Positions 1 through 11,830 of a stretch of DNA of 64,000 nucleotides are shown piece after piece (position 1 is the first letter of the stretch; each line of letters starts with the position of its first letter). This DNA comes from Mobula hypostoma (lineage: Eukaryota). Location of the stretch: assembly GCF_963921235.1 (NCBI RefSeq), contig NC_086097.1, forward strand, positions 85,252,001-85,316,000. Reading direction: 5' to 3'. The notes below the pieces were generated by a model that worked only from the letters and a program-made list of their open reading frames with translations, made no database searches and had not been told where the DNA came from. A program made the translations under genes and the position numbers.

Positions 1-39
1 GCTTGAATTTCCAGCATCTGCAGAATTCCTGTTGTTTGC

Positions 40-585
40 CACTTTTATTCACACTCTTTGCCTTCCGCCAGTCAGCCAATCTTCGAGCCATGCTTTTTAT
101 CTTTTTGTGTAATACCATGTTTAGCAGCCTCGTGTAGCATTTCTGAAAATCCAAGCAAACAACATGTAACGACTCTGCTTTGCCTATCTTGCCTGTTATT
201 TCCTCAAATAATTCCAGAAAATTTGTTAGATAAGATTTTCCCTAAAGGAAACCATGTTGAATTCAGTCCATTCTACCATGTGCCTCCAAGTACCTTGAAG
301 CCTCATCCTTGTTAATGGTCTCGAACATCTTGTCAGCTTCTGAAGTAAAGCTAACTGGCCTATAACTTCCCATATTTGCCCCCCTTTTTAAAGAGTGGAG
401 TGACTTGCAATTTGCCAGCCCTCCGGAACCACTGCAGAGTCCAATAGTTCTTGGAAGATCACTACTAATACCTTCAAATCTATTCAGGTACTTCTTTCAG
501 AGCCCTGGGGCGTAATCCATCTGGTCCAGGTGACTTACCTACCTTCAGACCTCTCAGCTTCCTAAGCATCCTCTCCTTGTTCTCA
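40..585 (-). mobile_element. CR1 LINE ORF2 fragment, degraded
   Basis: Shares blocks (ggaaaccatg, ctaactggcctataa, tctggtccaggtgactta) with the minus-strand CR1 copy near 57900-58250. Confidence 0.75.
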
Positions 586-1524
586 GTTGCGGAGGGCACG
601 TATGGTATTATTAACCATGATGAAATCTCAAGAAACCCTTTGTAACTCCCGTTAATATTGAAAGCTGCAGAAGTTATGCTGTAATATCACTGACAGCCCC
701 GTCTGTGTTTCCCATCCAGCTCAGTGCCCAGTTCTGCAACCTGTCACCAGTGCATCGGACAATGGAAAGGCAAAATAGAGACCAGTTTGAAAGAGCAGTG
801 CACCCTAATTGGTGCCTGCTTGCAGCAGAGCTCTTAATACCCACTGCGCCAATTAAAACAGACCATTCCCAGTGTTTCGTCAGGTGCAGTGTCACTCCCG
901 CTGACCCTGTCAAGGCCGCTATGGTACATATGGGGAGTGCTGAGTGAGATGTGGTAACGTGTTTGAGCTCACCTGCAAACCTGGCTCCAACTCCCCATGC
1001 TGAGAAAGTGAGAGAAACGATGAGACATGCGGGACACCGCAGGGCAGGAGAACACATGGAATTAGTCAAACAGTAATTCCTCTTCTAAAAGTAGTACTCT
1101 CTTATTGTAGCATTACAAATAAAAAACAAAACAAACAGCAAACTTGGCACTCTTCTGGCTTTAATTAATGACAATAGAACCACAACAATTAAACCTACTC
1201 ACAGTGATTGCTGTAGCGTTTTGTCAGTACCAGTGTCAAGCAATCTTACAAAATAACAACTATTTTGCTTGATTATCATTTTCCCAGCAAGATTGGAAGT
1301 TCCAGCTCCCAAGGCACTCACACTAGTTGCGAAGTGCACTTTAAGGTTTATGCAGAATTGCTGGACAGCCTGATCAGTTGACCAGTGTGGCTACTGTTTG
1401 GATGTTCATGTTTAAATATGCACTGGGCTGTGCCGATGGATAAAGCGAAAGGGGGATATTGGAAAGTACAGGTCTAGGACTTTGGGTTTTCTAATAAATA
1501 AGGCTTTCTTAGACAGCCCTTCAG

Positions 1525-1710
1525 GATCGGGCAATCAGCCTAGCAAACCAGCATATCTTTGGGATGTGGGAGGGAGGCAAGTATCTGGGGAAACCAATGG
1601 ACTCACAAGGGAGATCTTGAAGGTTCCACACTGACAGATTCAGGGGTCAGGAAAGAACTCAGACTGCCTGAGCCCAGAGGTAGTGGCGTCGCCTGCTGTA
1701 CCACTGTGTC
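1525..1710 (-). mobile_element. Degraded V-SINE (HE1-like)
   Basis: Reverse-complement similarity (tctttgggatgtgggagg...) to the SINE core at 9700-9745. Confidence 0.5.
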
Positions 1711-2879
1711 TTTTCCTTAAAGTGGTCAGAGGCACAGCAGTAGTGTTGAACGTGGCTTTCAGCAAAGTGGTGACTGTTGAGCCAGTGACTCTGTAGTAGA
1801 TTGGAAATACTGTACTTGTTTATAAGAGGTATGTCCCTGCTAACAAAAAGAAACTTTGTCGCAATGAACAGCACGGGGAGAAACACTTTATTTCCAATGA
1901 CCACCTGATCAATAAGATTCATAAAATTTGTTGAAATACCCTAACTTAGTCTTATTTGGTAAGTCTAACGCTTAATACTGAACTGGTGAATACTGGTGTT
2001 AAGATGTCCATGTGGGAAAATACCTAATCGCAATAATATCTGATTCAATTGGTTGATAGAATTTAAGGAACAAGGTATCTCCAGAAGTAAATTTGAAAAA
2101 AAAAATTTACTTTGATGAAATGGCAGAGCATTTGGAAGGGGTTGGTTGGATAAATCATGATGTGTGTTGACAACACCATGACAGAATATAAATAAAAAGC
2201 TTTTAACAGCAAGTTTAAAAACAAAGCACATTATGTACCTTAAGAATGGGTGAGTTTTTATGAAGTCCCAAATGACTGGTCAATAACAAATGTTATAAGT
2301 AAACTGGGACTACAAGTGCTATACACGGGTAAAAAACAACGCCAGGTTTTATTGGATCAGCTAACAGTAGATTTGTAGTCATTGCAATGGCTTGCATATT
2401 CTTAGGTCGTGTTGGTCGTTAATGCAAATGATACATTTTACTGTATGTTTCAATGTACATGTGACAAATAAAATAATCTGAAATGTGAGAAGTAGGTGAG
2501 AAGATCATTGATTATATTCAGTTATTGAAAGATACTCAATAAAGGAAGTCTCAAGCAAATGCACACTTTGACTCTTGAGAATGACTGGCAACCGACAGCA
2601 ATTAATAGTGCTGATAGCAATGAAAATGTTAATGTTTCCTAAACTGGAATTATGCCAATGTACATCCAATTTTTCAAATAGGGCAAAAGCAGAACTAGAT
2701 AATTATAGGCCCATTAGCTTGACGTCAATAATAGGTCAGATATTCCAGGGTGTCCTTGTAAATGCGATATTTGACCAACTAGGCAAGGGATTATCAAAGG
2801 TATTTAACATGACTTGCAAATGGGAAGGCTGTGCCCCAGCAACTTAAAGTTCTTCAGGTTTACAGAAAGTCTTTCTAGA

Positions 2880-3570
2880 CATGTATCACACACAAAGTTG
2901 CTGGAGACACTGAATAGGTCAGGCAGCATCTGGGGTCGGGGGGGGGGGGATGGGATGAACAATCCAGCTGAAACCCTTCAACAGAAGCAGAAAGGTAGCG
3001 AGCAGAAGCTGAAATAAGCGGGTGGGGGAGGGGACAAGCAAGAGCTGCTGGGTAATTGGTCGTAGGGGGAGGTAGGAAGTGAGAAAGAGCGTGATGTGAG
3101 AAGCTGGCAGCTGATAGGTGGAAGAAGCATAGGCCTGAAGGAGAAGGAATCCAACTGGAGTGGAAGCAATGGAAAGGAGGTGAGGAACCAGAGGAAGGTG
3201 AAGGTGATGAGCAGGTCTCATGATGGTGGGGAGGGGAAAGGGAAGAAGTAAAGGAGCTGGGGGATAAGGGAAAGCAGGAGATTAGGGGGTGGGAGGACAG
3301 GGCGAAGTGGTTAACATAAGTCAGAGAAAATGATGTTAATGCTGTCAGGTTGAAGACTACCAAGACAGAATATGAGGTGCTGCTCCTCCGACCTGCATTT
3401 GGCTTCACTGTTGCAGTGGAGGAGGCAATGGACAGAGACGTCTGTGTGAGAATGGGAATTAAAATGGCTGGCCAGTGGGAGATCCTGGCACATGGCAGCT
3501 GGAGTAAAGGGAACTCCCAATCTGCTTCGAGACTCAACGATGTAGAGGAGGCCACAGGGGGAGCAAGTAT
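2880..3570 (-). mobile_element. Penelope-like element 3' fragment
   Basis: ORF 3311-3520 (LPLASHFNSHSHTDVSVHCLLHC...EEQHLIFCLGSLQPD) matches the C-terminus of the GIY-YIG ORF at 39920-40290. Also has the purine-rich UTR and shared terminus. Confidence 0.8.
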
Positions 3571-3688
3571 TTGGGACGAGTTGGAGAGCTTATTCAAAGA
3601 ACTGGTAAATGCAGGGTGAGTTGAATGTTATTGGGTGATTCATTGTGCATTAGATCCGGTCATTAATTCTGCATCCTCTAACTGGCAG

Positions 3689-3788
3689 AGCACAGTGGAT
3701 AAGCTCATAAAGAAGACGAATCTTGCGCTTGTGGTCGGGACACATTCCTGGCGGGATCAGTTCATGGAGGCCATCACAGTCAGTGCAG
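3689..3788 (+). CDS. SLC8A3: Na+/Ca2+ exchanger (SLC8A3/NCX3-like), internal coding exon (100 bp), end of the cytoplasmic loop
   Basis: Acceptor ctggcAG ends at 3688 and donor GTgagg starts at 3789. Translates STVDKLIKKTNLALVVGTHSWRDQFMEAITVSA+g. From recalled NCX sequences, GTHSWRDQFM fits NCX3 better than NCX1 (GTNSWREQFI) or NCX2 (GTHSWREQFL). Phase 1 end joins the next exon in frame. Family assignment is firm; paralog is less so. Confidence 0.92.
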
Positions 3789-3929
3789 GTGAGGTATTTA
3801 TCCAAGTGCATCCGATTTATAGACTGCTTTTAACATAAGCTGTAACTTCTTTTGATCGTGCAAAGTAAAACAGACCTGTGCACCGTCTGCTTGCCTGTAA
3901 CTCATTACAGCAATGGCTCACTGCCGGAG

Positions 3930-4712
3930 ATCCATGAGCCTGTCCTCGTTTGGGGAATGGAGGTGGAGAGGGTCAGTAGCTTTAAATTCCTTGGCGTTAA
4001 CAGATCAGAGGATCTGTCACATAAAGGTCATCACTGAGAAGGCACGGCAGCACCTCTAATCTCTTAGAAATTTGCATAGTTTCGGCATGTCACCAAAGAC
4101 CTTAACAAACTCCTATTGACGTGCAGTGGTTGCATCCTGACTGGTCGATTCATGGCGCCGGGTATGGAGACGCCAATGGCCAGGAATGGAAAGGACTACC
4201 GAAAATGGTGGATACAGCCCAGTCAATCACTGGCAAATTCTCCCCCACCTTTGAGCACATTTACATGGAATGCTGCCAGAAGAAAGCTGTATCCATTAGC
4301 CAAGACCCCCCCCCAACCCCCCACCCCCATCATCCAGGCCATGCTCTCTTCTCACTACTATTACCATCACGCAGGAGGTATAGGTGCCTTAGGACCCACA
4401 CCACTAGGGAATAGTTAATACACGACAGCTATCAGGCTCCTGAACTGACATGGATAACTTCATTCACCACTACTCTTAACTGATTCTATGACCTACAGGA
4501 CTCTTTACAACTCATGTTCTCAGTATTATTTTCATTTGCACAATTTATCTTCTTTTGCACCTTGATTATTTGTCACCCTTTTTTGTCTGCTCAAGTATAG
4601 TTTTCTTTAGATTCTACTGTATTTTGTTTTTCCTGTAAATGCCTGCAAGAAAATTAAGACAGTATATGGTGAATATGTAGGTAGAAAATACTTTGAACTT
4701 TGAACTTTGAAC
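3930..4712 (+). mobile_element. Rex1/Babar-like LINE 3' end
   Basis: Peptide remnants VERVSSFKFLGV, ILTG...YG and PHHPGHALFSLL.PS.RRYR; tail (tttgaac)n. Confidence 0.75.
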
Positions 4713-5384
4713 AAGCTTGCGAAGTTTCTAATAGTTTTGGCACTGCTTGTTGCCAGCATGCAAAATTTGACTGTCCATATATGAAAAGTTGTCAGAAAGT
4801 AGCAATGCTACCATCCGGTTGAAAAACATTACGTTTTAGAGGGAAGCATTAAGCTGTGAGCTTTTTACTTCTATAGAATCTAATCCTGCATAATATCAGC
4901 TAAATTACTATGGTCTAGGAAATCGATTGGAACATCATAGCTGAGCTGAATAAATATAATGAAGGAAGAATACAAGCCATTTATGATGTGAATATTCAAA
5001 ATCTTTCATTCAGACAGATAGTCCTCTACCTTTGCAGCAGTTCCACTGGCATAGTATCTCTTTGCTTTTACCCAAGACCATCCTCAGAAATAGATCATGA
5101 AAGCAAAAAGGTTTTGCTGGGGCAATTGGTCAAATGGATTTGCTAGCTGCAAGGGAAGTTTTTCTTCAAATCAGACATCAGCACTGTCTCTGTTCATGCT
5201 AAGGAGACCATTATGGTCAATTTTTAGGACACAGAACACAGAATAGTAAAGCACAGTACATGATAGTTCAATATTTAGACCTATTTCAAGATCAATGTTA
5301 CCCTTCCCTCCCACATAGATCTCCATTTCTCATTGGTCTACATGCCTATTGAAGAGTTTCTTGAATATCCCTGATGTATCTGGT

Positions 5385-5878
5385 CACCCACCTACAGGAA
5401 CGATATCAATAAGGATGAAAGAGTACAGAGAAAACTTGTAAGGATGTTGCTGGGTCTTAAGGACCTGAATTATAGGGAAAGGTCAAATCAGCTCGGACTT
5501 CATTCCCTGGAGCATTAGAGAATGAGAGGAGATTTGATAGCAGTGTATAAAATTATGAGGGATATAGGTAGGGTAGATGTAAGCAAACTTCTTCTGCTGT
5601 GATTGGGTGAGACTACAACTAGAGGTCATGGGTTAGGGGTGAAAGATGAAATGTTTAAGGGGAACTTCACTCACAAGGGGATGAGAGTGTGGAACAAGCT
5701 ATCTGCGGAAGTGGTGAATGCGGTTTTGATTTCAATGTTTAAGAGAAGATCAGAAAAGTACATGAATAGGAGGGATATGGAGGACTACGGTCAGGGTGCA
5801 GGTCGATGGAACTAGTTTGGCACAGACAGACAGGCAGGATGAAGATTCTGTTCCTGTGCTGTAGTTCTCCATGACTCC
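5385..5878 (+). mobile_element. CR1 LINE 3' end, nested in an opposite-strand CR1 tail (about 5230-6090)
   Basis: Peptide remnants TRGHGL and RVWNKLSAEVV, typical of the CR1 ORF2 C-terminus. Confidence 0.7.
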
Positions 5879-6139
5879 ATATGCCTCCACCACCGATCAT
5901 GGAATGGCATTCCATGCACCCACTCTCTGTGTAAAAAGTCTACCTCTGACATCCCCCCTATACTTTCCTCCAAACACCTTAAAATTATGCCCTTTTATAT
6001 TAGCCATTTCCACCTTGGGAAAAAGTAATTGGCTCACCTATCCTTTTAAGATGTGATCTCTAATCCAGGCGGTATCTAGGTCTTGTTCTGGACCCTTCAT
6101 ATAAATAAAATTGCAAAGAAACAAGACAAGTGCCTCTAG

Positions 6140-6797
6140 CTCCTCAGGAGTCTGTGGAGATTCGGTATGTCATCAAAAACCTTGGCAAACTTCCATAGAA
6201 AGCGTGCTACATACATCAAAGTTGCTGGTGAACGCAGCAGGCCAAGCAGCATCTACATCTACAGCACAATGCGTGCTGACTGCCTGCATTGCAGCCTGAT
6301 ATGGGAACACCAATGCCTTTGAACAGAAAATCCTACAGAAGGTAGTGGATTCAGCCCAGTACATCATGGGTAAAACCCTCCCAATTATTGAGCATGTCTA
6401 CGTGAAACGTTGTCGCAGAGAAACAGCACCCATCATCAAAGATCCTCACCCCCAGGCCATCGTCTTTCCTCGCTGCTGCCATCAGGTAGAAGGTACAAGT
6501 GCCTCAGGACTCACACCATCAGGTTCAGGCTCTTGAACAAAAGGGGATAACTATGCTCATTTAAGGACCCTGTAATATTGTCACTTCATGCTTGTTATTT
6601 ATTGCTACTTATTTATATCTGCATTCGCAGTTTGTTTACAGTTTACAGTTCCTGATATTTACAGTTTACAGATCCTGTTTATGGTTACTGTTCTATAGAT
6701 TTGCTAAGTATGCCCGCAGGAAAAGGAATCTCAGGGTTGTATGTGGTAACATGTATGTACTGTGATAATAAATTTTACTTTAGAGTTTGAACTTTGA
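6140..6797 (+). mobile_element. Rex1/Babar-like LINE 3' end containing a 62-bp PLE-derived insert
   Basis: Peptide remnants VDSAQYIMGKTLP..EHVY.KRC and IIKDPHP; tail tttgaactttgaa. Confidence 0.75.
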
Positions 6798-6799
6798 AA

Positions 6800-9420
6800 T
6801 CTCCTCTGCTCCCTTTTTACAGCTTTCCCCTCTTTCCTATAATGAGGCAAACAGAACTGAAGTGTGGTCTACCAGAGTTTTATAGAGCTGAAACATTACC
6901 TTGCGGATCTTGAACGCAATCCCCCAACCAATGAGGGCAACACACCATATGCCTTCTTAACCGCCCTAACAACTTGCATGGTAATTTTGAGGGACCCGTA
7001 GCTCTGGACTCCAAGATCCCTCTGTTCCCTTAAAGTGCCAACAATCCTGCCATTAACCCTGCCCTCTGCCTTCATGCCCAACCTTCTAAAACACGTCACC
7101 TCACACTTTTCTGGATTGATCTCCATCTGCTACTTTTCAGCTCAGTTCTGCATCCTATCCATGTCCTGTTGTAACCCACATTGACTTTCAGCACTATTCT
7201 CAACACCACCAGCCTTCGTTCAATCCAAACCACACTCTAACTAATGTGGCAAGCCAATTCGGAATCAAGTTTCCCCGAATCCCATGTATCTTCACTTTCT
7301 GAATGAGTAAGCCATGGGGATCTTTATCAACTGCATGTTCATCCATTGTTCTATCTTCATCACTGTGTTCTGTCACATCCCCAAAGAACACAATCAGCCT
7401 CGTGAGGAATGGCCTGCCCCTCACAAAGCCATGTTGACTATCCTTAATCAGATGTTGCTTCTCCAAATGCTCATAAATCCAGTCTTCACCGACAGGTCAC
7501 CCTCCACTGATGTAAGACTCACTGGTCTATAGTTCAGCAGGATTACCCCGATTAACTTTCTTGAACAAAGGAATAACATTTGCCACCCTCCAGTCTTCTG
7601 GCACTACTCCTGTGGCCAGTGAGGACACAAAGATAATTGCCAAATGTGTAGCAATCTCTTCACTTATTTCCTGTAGAAACCTGGAGTATACCCTGTCTAG
7701 CCCTGGAGACTTACCTACCCTAATGTTTTCCGAAAGTTCCAGCAAATCGTCTTTCTTAACTTCGATATGTTCCAGCATTTCAGCCTGTTTTACCCTGTCC
7801 TCAGATTCATCAAGGTCCCTCTCACTGGTGAAAACTAAAACAAAATATTCATTAGGGACGCCCCCTTCCTTCTCTGACTCCAGGCACAAGTTTCCTCCTT
7901 TATCCCTGGTCAGTCCTATCCTTATTCCATTCATTATCCTGTTCTTCATATACATTGGCCTTCGCATGTCCCCTTCTAGCTTTCATAAGCCCCTCCTTAG
8001 GCTCCTTTCTGGTTATCTTGTAACTCCCCAGAGCCCTGTCTGATCCTGGCTTCCTAAACCTTAAGTATGCTTTATTCTTCCTCTTGACAAGATGTTCCAC
8101 ATCTCTTGTCAACCATCTATGGAGGGGAATAAACAGTCAACGTTGTGGGCGAGCCCCTCTTCATCAGGATTTAAAAGGAAAGGTGTAGACGAATAAGCAG
8201 ATGGGAGGGGGGAGGGAAGGGAGTACCAGCAAGAAGGGATCTGATAGAGGACAGTGCACGTGGAAGAAAGGGAAGGATGAGGAGTACCAGAGGAGGCGAT
8301 GGGGGCGGGGGGGGGAGTAAGGAAAAGAGAAGGGGTAAGAGAAAATCAGAATAGGGAACGGAAAAGGGGAGAAGGGGAGGGGGCGAGATTACCATAAGTT
8401 AGAGAAATCAATGTTCATGCCACCGTCCCACTTTTCTCTGAGGTGGCCTATTTCAATTTGAATGCTCATTTCCATTCCGCTATGTCAGCCCCTGGCCTCC
8501 TCTACTGACACAAGGGTGCCACAGTCAGGTTGGAGGAGCAGCACCTTATATTCCATCTGGGTAGCCCCCAGTCTGATAGCTGTCCATCATCTCCCTCTGG
8601 TGCCCCCTTCATCCTTCCTTTCCTTCCACGGTCCACTGTCTTCTCCTATCAAATTCCTTCTTCTTCAGTCCTTTACCTTTTCCACCTATCATTCCAGCTT
8701 CTCTCTCCATCCTTCCTCCCACACCCACCCATCTTCCTCCTCCCCACACCTTCTTATTCTGGCATCTGCACCCTTCCTTTCAACTCCTGTGGAAGGGTCT
8801 TGACCAGAAACATTAACCACTTATTCCTCTCTTTAGATGCTGCCTGACTTGCTGAGTTCCCCCAGATTTTTTTTTGTGTATTGCTCTAGATTTCCAGCAT
8901 CTGGAAAGTCTCTGGTGTTCTTGTCAACCAATGTCTCTTCATCCTACAATTTTTTCCTGGCCTCAGAGTGACAAATCTATCCAGAACTCCAGGCAAGTAC
9001 TCCCTATCAACCTCCATATTTACATTGTACATTTTCCTGAGTACATGTTCCCAATTTATGCACCTAAGTTCCTGCCTAACAGCACATAATTCACCCTCCC
9101 CCAATTAAATGCTTTTCTATATGACCTGCTCCTATCCCCGTCCAAGGCTATGGTAAAAGTCAGGGAATTATGGACACTGTCACCGAAATGCTCACCCACC
9201 AAGAAGTTTGCCATCTTACCAGGTTCTTTGCCTAGTATTGGATCCAGTATGGTCTCTGCTCTAGTCTGCCTGTCCACATATTGTGTCAGGAATCTTTGCT
9301 GGATATACCTACCAAATCCCACCCCATCTAACCTTTCTACAGCTGTGCTACTATTCCTGATTAGCAATGCCACCCACCCCCCCCACCTCTTTTACCTACC
9401 TCTCTGTCCTTTTTGAAACA
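6800..9420 (-). mobile_element. CR1 LINE ORF2 (endonuclease C-terminus, linker, RT), fragmented and interrupted at 8116-8918
   Basis: ORF remnants VGEHFGDSVHNS, KSPGLDRVY, VPEDWRVANVIPLFKK, QHGFVRGR and NPEKCEV. Confidence 0.9.
8116..8918. mobile_element. Inverted pair of Penelope-like 3' ends inserted in a CR1, with a 12-bp TSD
   Basis: tcttgtcaacca at 8104-8115 and 8919-8930. Left part is in minus orientation, right part in plus orientation (EEQHLIFHLGSPQ). Confidence 0.8.
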
Positions 9421-9589
9421 TCCATCATCCTTTCTTCTGCCATATCATCCTATGCAGGGGATTTTTAAGGCAATGGAAGAGTCAGAAAAGGGATGGACAG
9501 AACCAACTCTGAAAAATTATTCTTTTCAGTGACTGTTATTATTACACAGTGAAGGTGGTTAAAATTGAAGAAGCTCACCAAAAGATCTT

Positions 9590-9800
9590 TGGGCAGCATG
9601 GCAGTGTAGTGGTTAGCATAATGCTTTACAGTACAGGCGACCCGGGTTCAATTCCCCTCACTGCCTGTAAGGAGCTTGTACGTTCTCACCGTGACCACGT
9701 GGGTTTCCTCCGGGTGCTCTGGTTTCCTCCCACAGTCCAAAGAGGTACCAGTTGATAGGTTAATTTGTCATTATAAATTGTCCAGTGATTAAATTGGGCA
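9590..9800 (+). mobile_element. V-SINE (HE1-like, tRNA-derived head)
   Basis: Pol III A-box-like tggcagtgtagtgg, B-box-like ggttcaattccc and V-domain gtgggtttcctccgggtgctctggtttcctcccacagtccaaaga. Confidence 0.8.
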
Positions 9801-11302
9801 CCATGGCTTGTAGTAAACATTGTTACTGAAAAGACAATAGAATTCTGAATTGTGATATCATGAAAAGGCTTTAGAATGGAAAATGAAAGCAGGCATAAGA
9901 TGACATTGGTTCCCATCCCTTGGATAGCTATGGCTGATCATAAATGGAGCGTCATGCATTGGTGAATAGTTGAAAGAAAAACAGAAAATGTTGGGAGCAG
10001 CCAGCTGGTCCGGTGGCATCTGTGGAGAGGGAAATAGAGGTAACACCTCTGGTCAATGACCATCAGAACTGGAGAAGTCAGAGAACAAGTCTGTTATAAG
10101 TTACAGAGGGGGGGAGATGTGGAGAGAACGGTGGGGATGTCTGTGATGGAGTGGAGACCAAAGGTGTCCACGTGACATCACTTTCATTCAAGCTATTGGA
10201 GAAAACTGAAACAAAAAGAAGGCATTAGAGGAATCAGATACAGATCACTTACTGTACGTTGGTAGAAGCCTCAGACAAATGAGAACACCGGATATAACTA
10301 GCAGGTCAGGCAGCATCACTGGAGAGAAAGACAAAACTGTGTCAATGTCAGAGGCGGATGACCTTGCATAGCGGGCCAGTTCTGACAAAAACTAAAAACG
10401 GTCCTTAGCCAGAACTGTGGAAGGAGGAACATTTTGCTCGGAACCAGCAAGGATAAACAGGTTAGCAGCCAGCTGAAAATATTGTATACCTTACTAAGAG
10501 AGCTGTTGATATTTGTTCAGCTTGTAGATTAGTTTAGTTTGCAAGCTGAACATCCAATCAGAGAATTAAAATTTTGTCAGATTGCATTTAAAGACTGTTC
10601 CTACCGTGCCAGATTTCAAAGTCAGGATTGATTCTCCAGTTATCAAGGCACCTTTCGGGTATTTTTTTAATGCCTTCTACAGTTTGTTACATATATTATA
10701 AGGAACAGACATGGGAAACAGAAGAACGAAACCAAGTATTGACATCAGTTTATTGTGCTTCTGTTTCTGTTTTCATGCCCACTTTTTCAGGGGTGAGGTC
10801 AGTCACGTGAAGAATGCTGGAAATCTGCATTTCTCTTCCGCTTCAGACCATTAAGGTCACAATGGTGAATGGTTCAAAGCTGATGCTGACAGATCTTTTT
10901 TAAGTATGAGTATTCAAAGTTTTGGATATTAGAGGTCACACATCAAAGGCAATAGCTGGAGTTAAAATGAAAATCAGCTATGACTTATAACAGAACATCC
11001 CAAAGATTTCTTTTAACTGTTCCCTCACACAACTCCCCTAGCAGCAAACCACCTTCAGGCTCTAGCATCGAAATGAATAACTGTTGAGATGTGAAGGGCA
11101 GAATCCTCCACTCCTGTCGATTCAGTGTTGTGCTTCAGGGAGCTCGCGCAGCCAGTGGCTCCAGCCCAACATTCCCTTGGAGGGCAGTGGGTCCATAATG
11201 CTGAGTCACACTTCCCTAAAAGAATGATGCATTCAGTGGACTAATGTAGCTCTTGCGAGAAAGGACAAGAGTGTCTGGTGACAGGTAGTGGTGGTGAACA
11301 AT

Positions 11303-11830
11303 GGAATTGGAATTGGAATTTGTTTACTATCGCCACACGTACCAAGTTGCAGTGAAAAGCTTGTCTTGCAAACTGCTCATACCGATCAGATCATTGCACA
11401 GTGCAATGAGGTAGAACAAAGTAAAGCAATAACAATGCAGGATAAAGTGTAACAACTACGGGGGAAATGCAGTGCAGGTAAACAATAAGGTACAAGATCA
11501 TAATGAGGTAGACTGGGAGGTCGAGAGTCCAATATATTGTACTAGGGAACCATCCAATATTCTTATAACAGCAGGATAGAAGCTGTCCTTGAGCTTGGTT
11601 GTGTGCTCTTTCAGGTTTGGTACGTTATGCCCAATGGAAGAGGGGAGACTAGAGAGAATGTCCAGGGTATGTGGGTCTTATACGATGCTGGCTGCTTTAC
11701 TGATACAGTAAGAGGTGTAAACAGAGCCCATAGAGGAGTGGCTGGATTCCCTGGTGTGCTGAGCTGTGTCCACAAATCTCCACAGTTTCTTGAACCATGA
11801 TGCATCCAGATTGGATGCATTTGATGGGCA
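11303..11830 (-). mobile_element. Rex1/Babar-like LINE 3' end
   Basis: Tail (ggaatt)n on the plus strand; reverse-strand remnant FSL.SPLPLG..YQ. Related + copy at about 55590-55880. Confidence 0.55.

Noticed and set aside
2875..3597. 240-aa Ser/Pro-rich ORF on the minus strand
   Set aside because: It arises from the low-complexity pyrimidine-rich PLE UTR; not a credible gene.
1..3688. Search for the preceding NCX exon (EEEEA.RIAEMG.P type) and for alternative cassette exons
   Set aside because: Not found by eye or in the ORF track; probably upstream of the window. Micro-exons cannot be excluded.
3789..3799. Tandem donor GTGAG-GTATTT
   Set aside because: Use of the second GT would add 5 nt and shift the frame; no support for function.
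9590..9660. tRNA-like A/B-box sequence (also near 53800)
   Set aside because: It is a SINE head continuing directly into the V-domain, with no complete cloverleaf.
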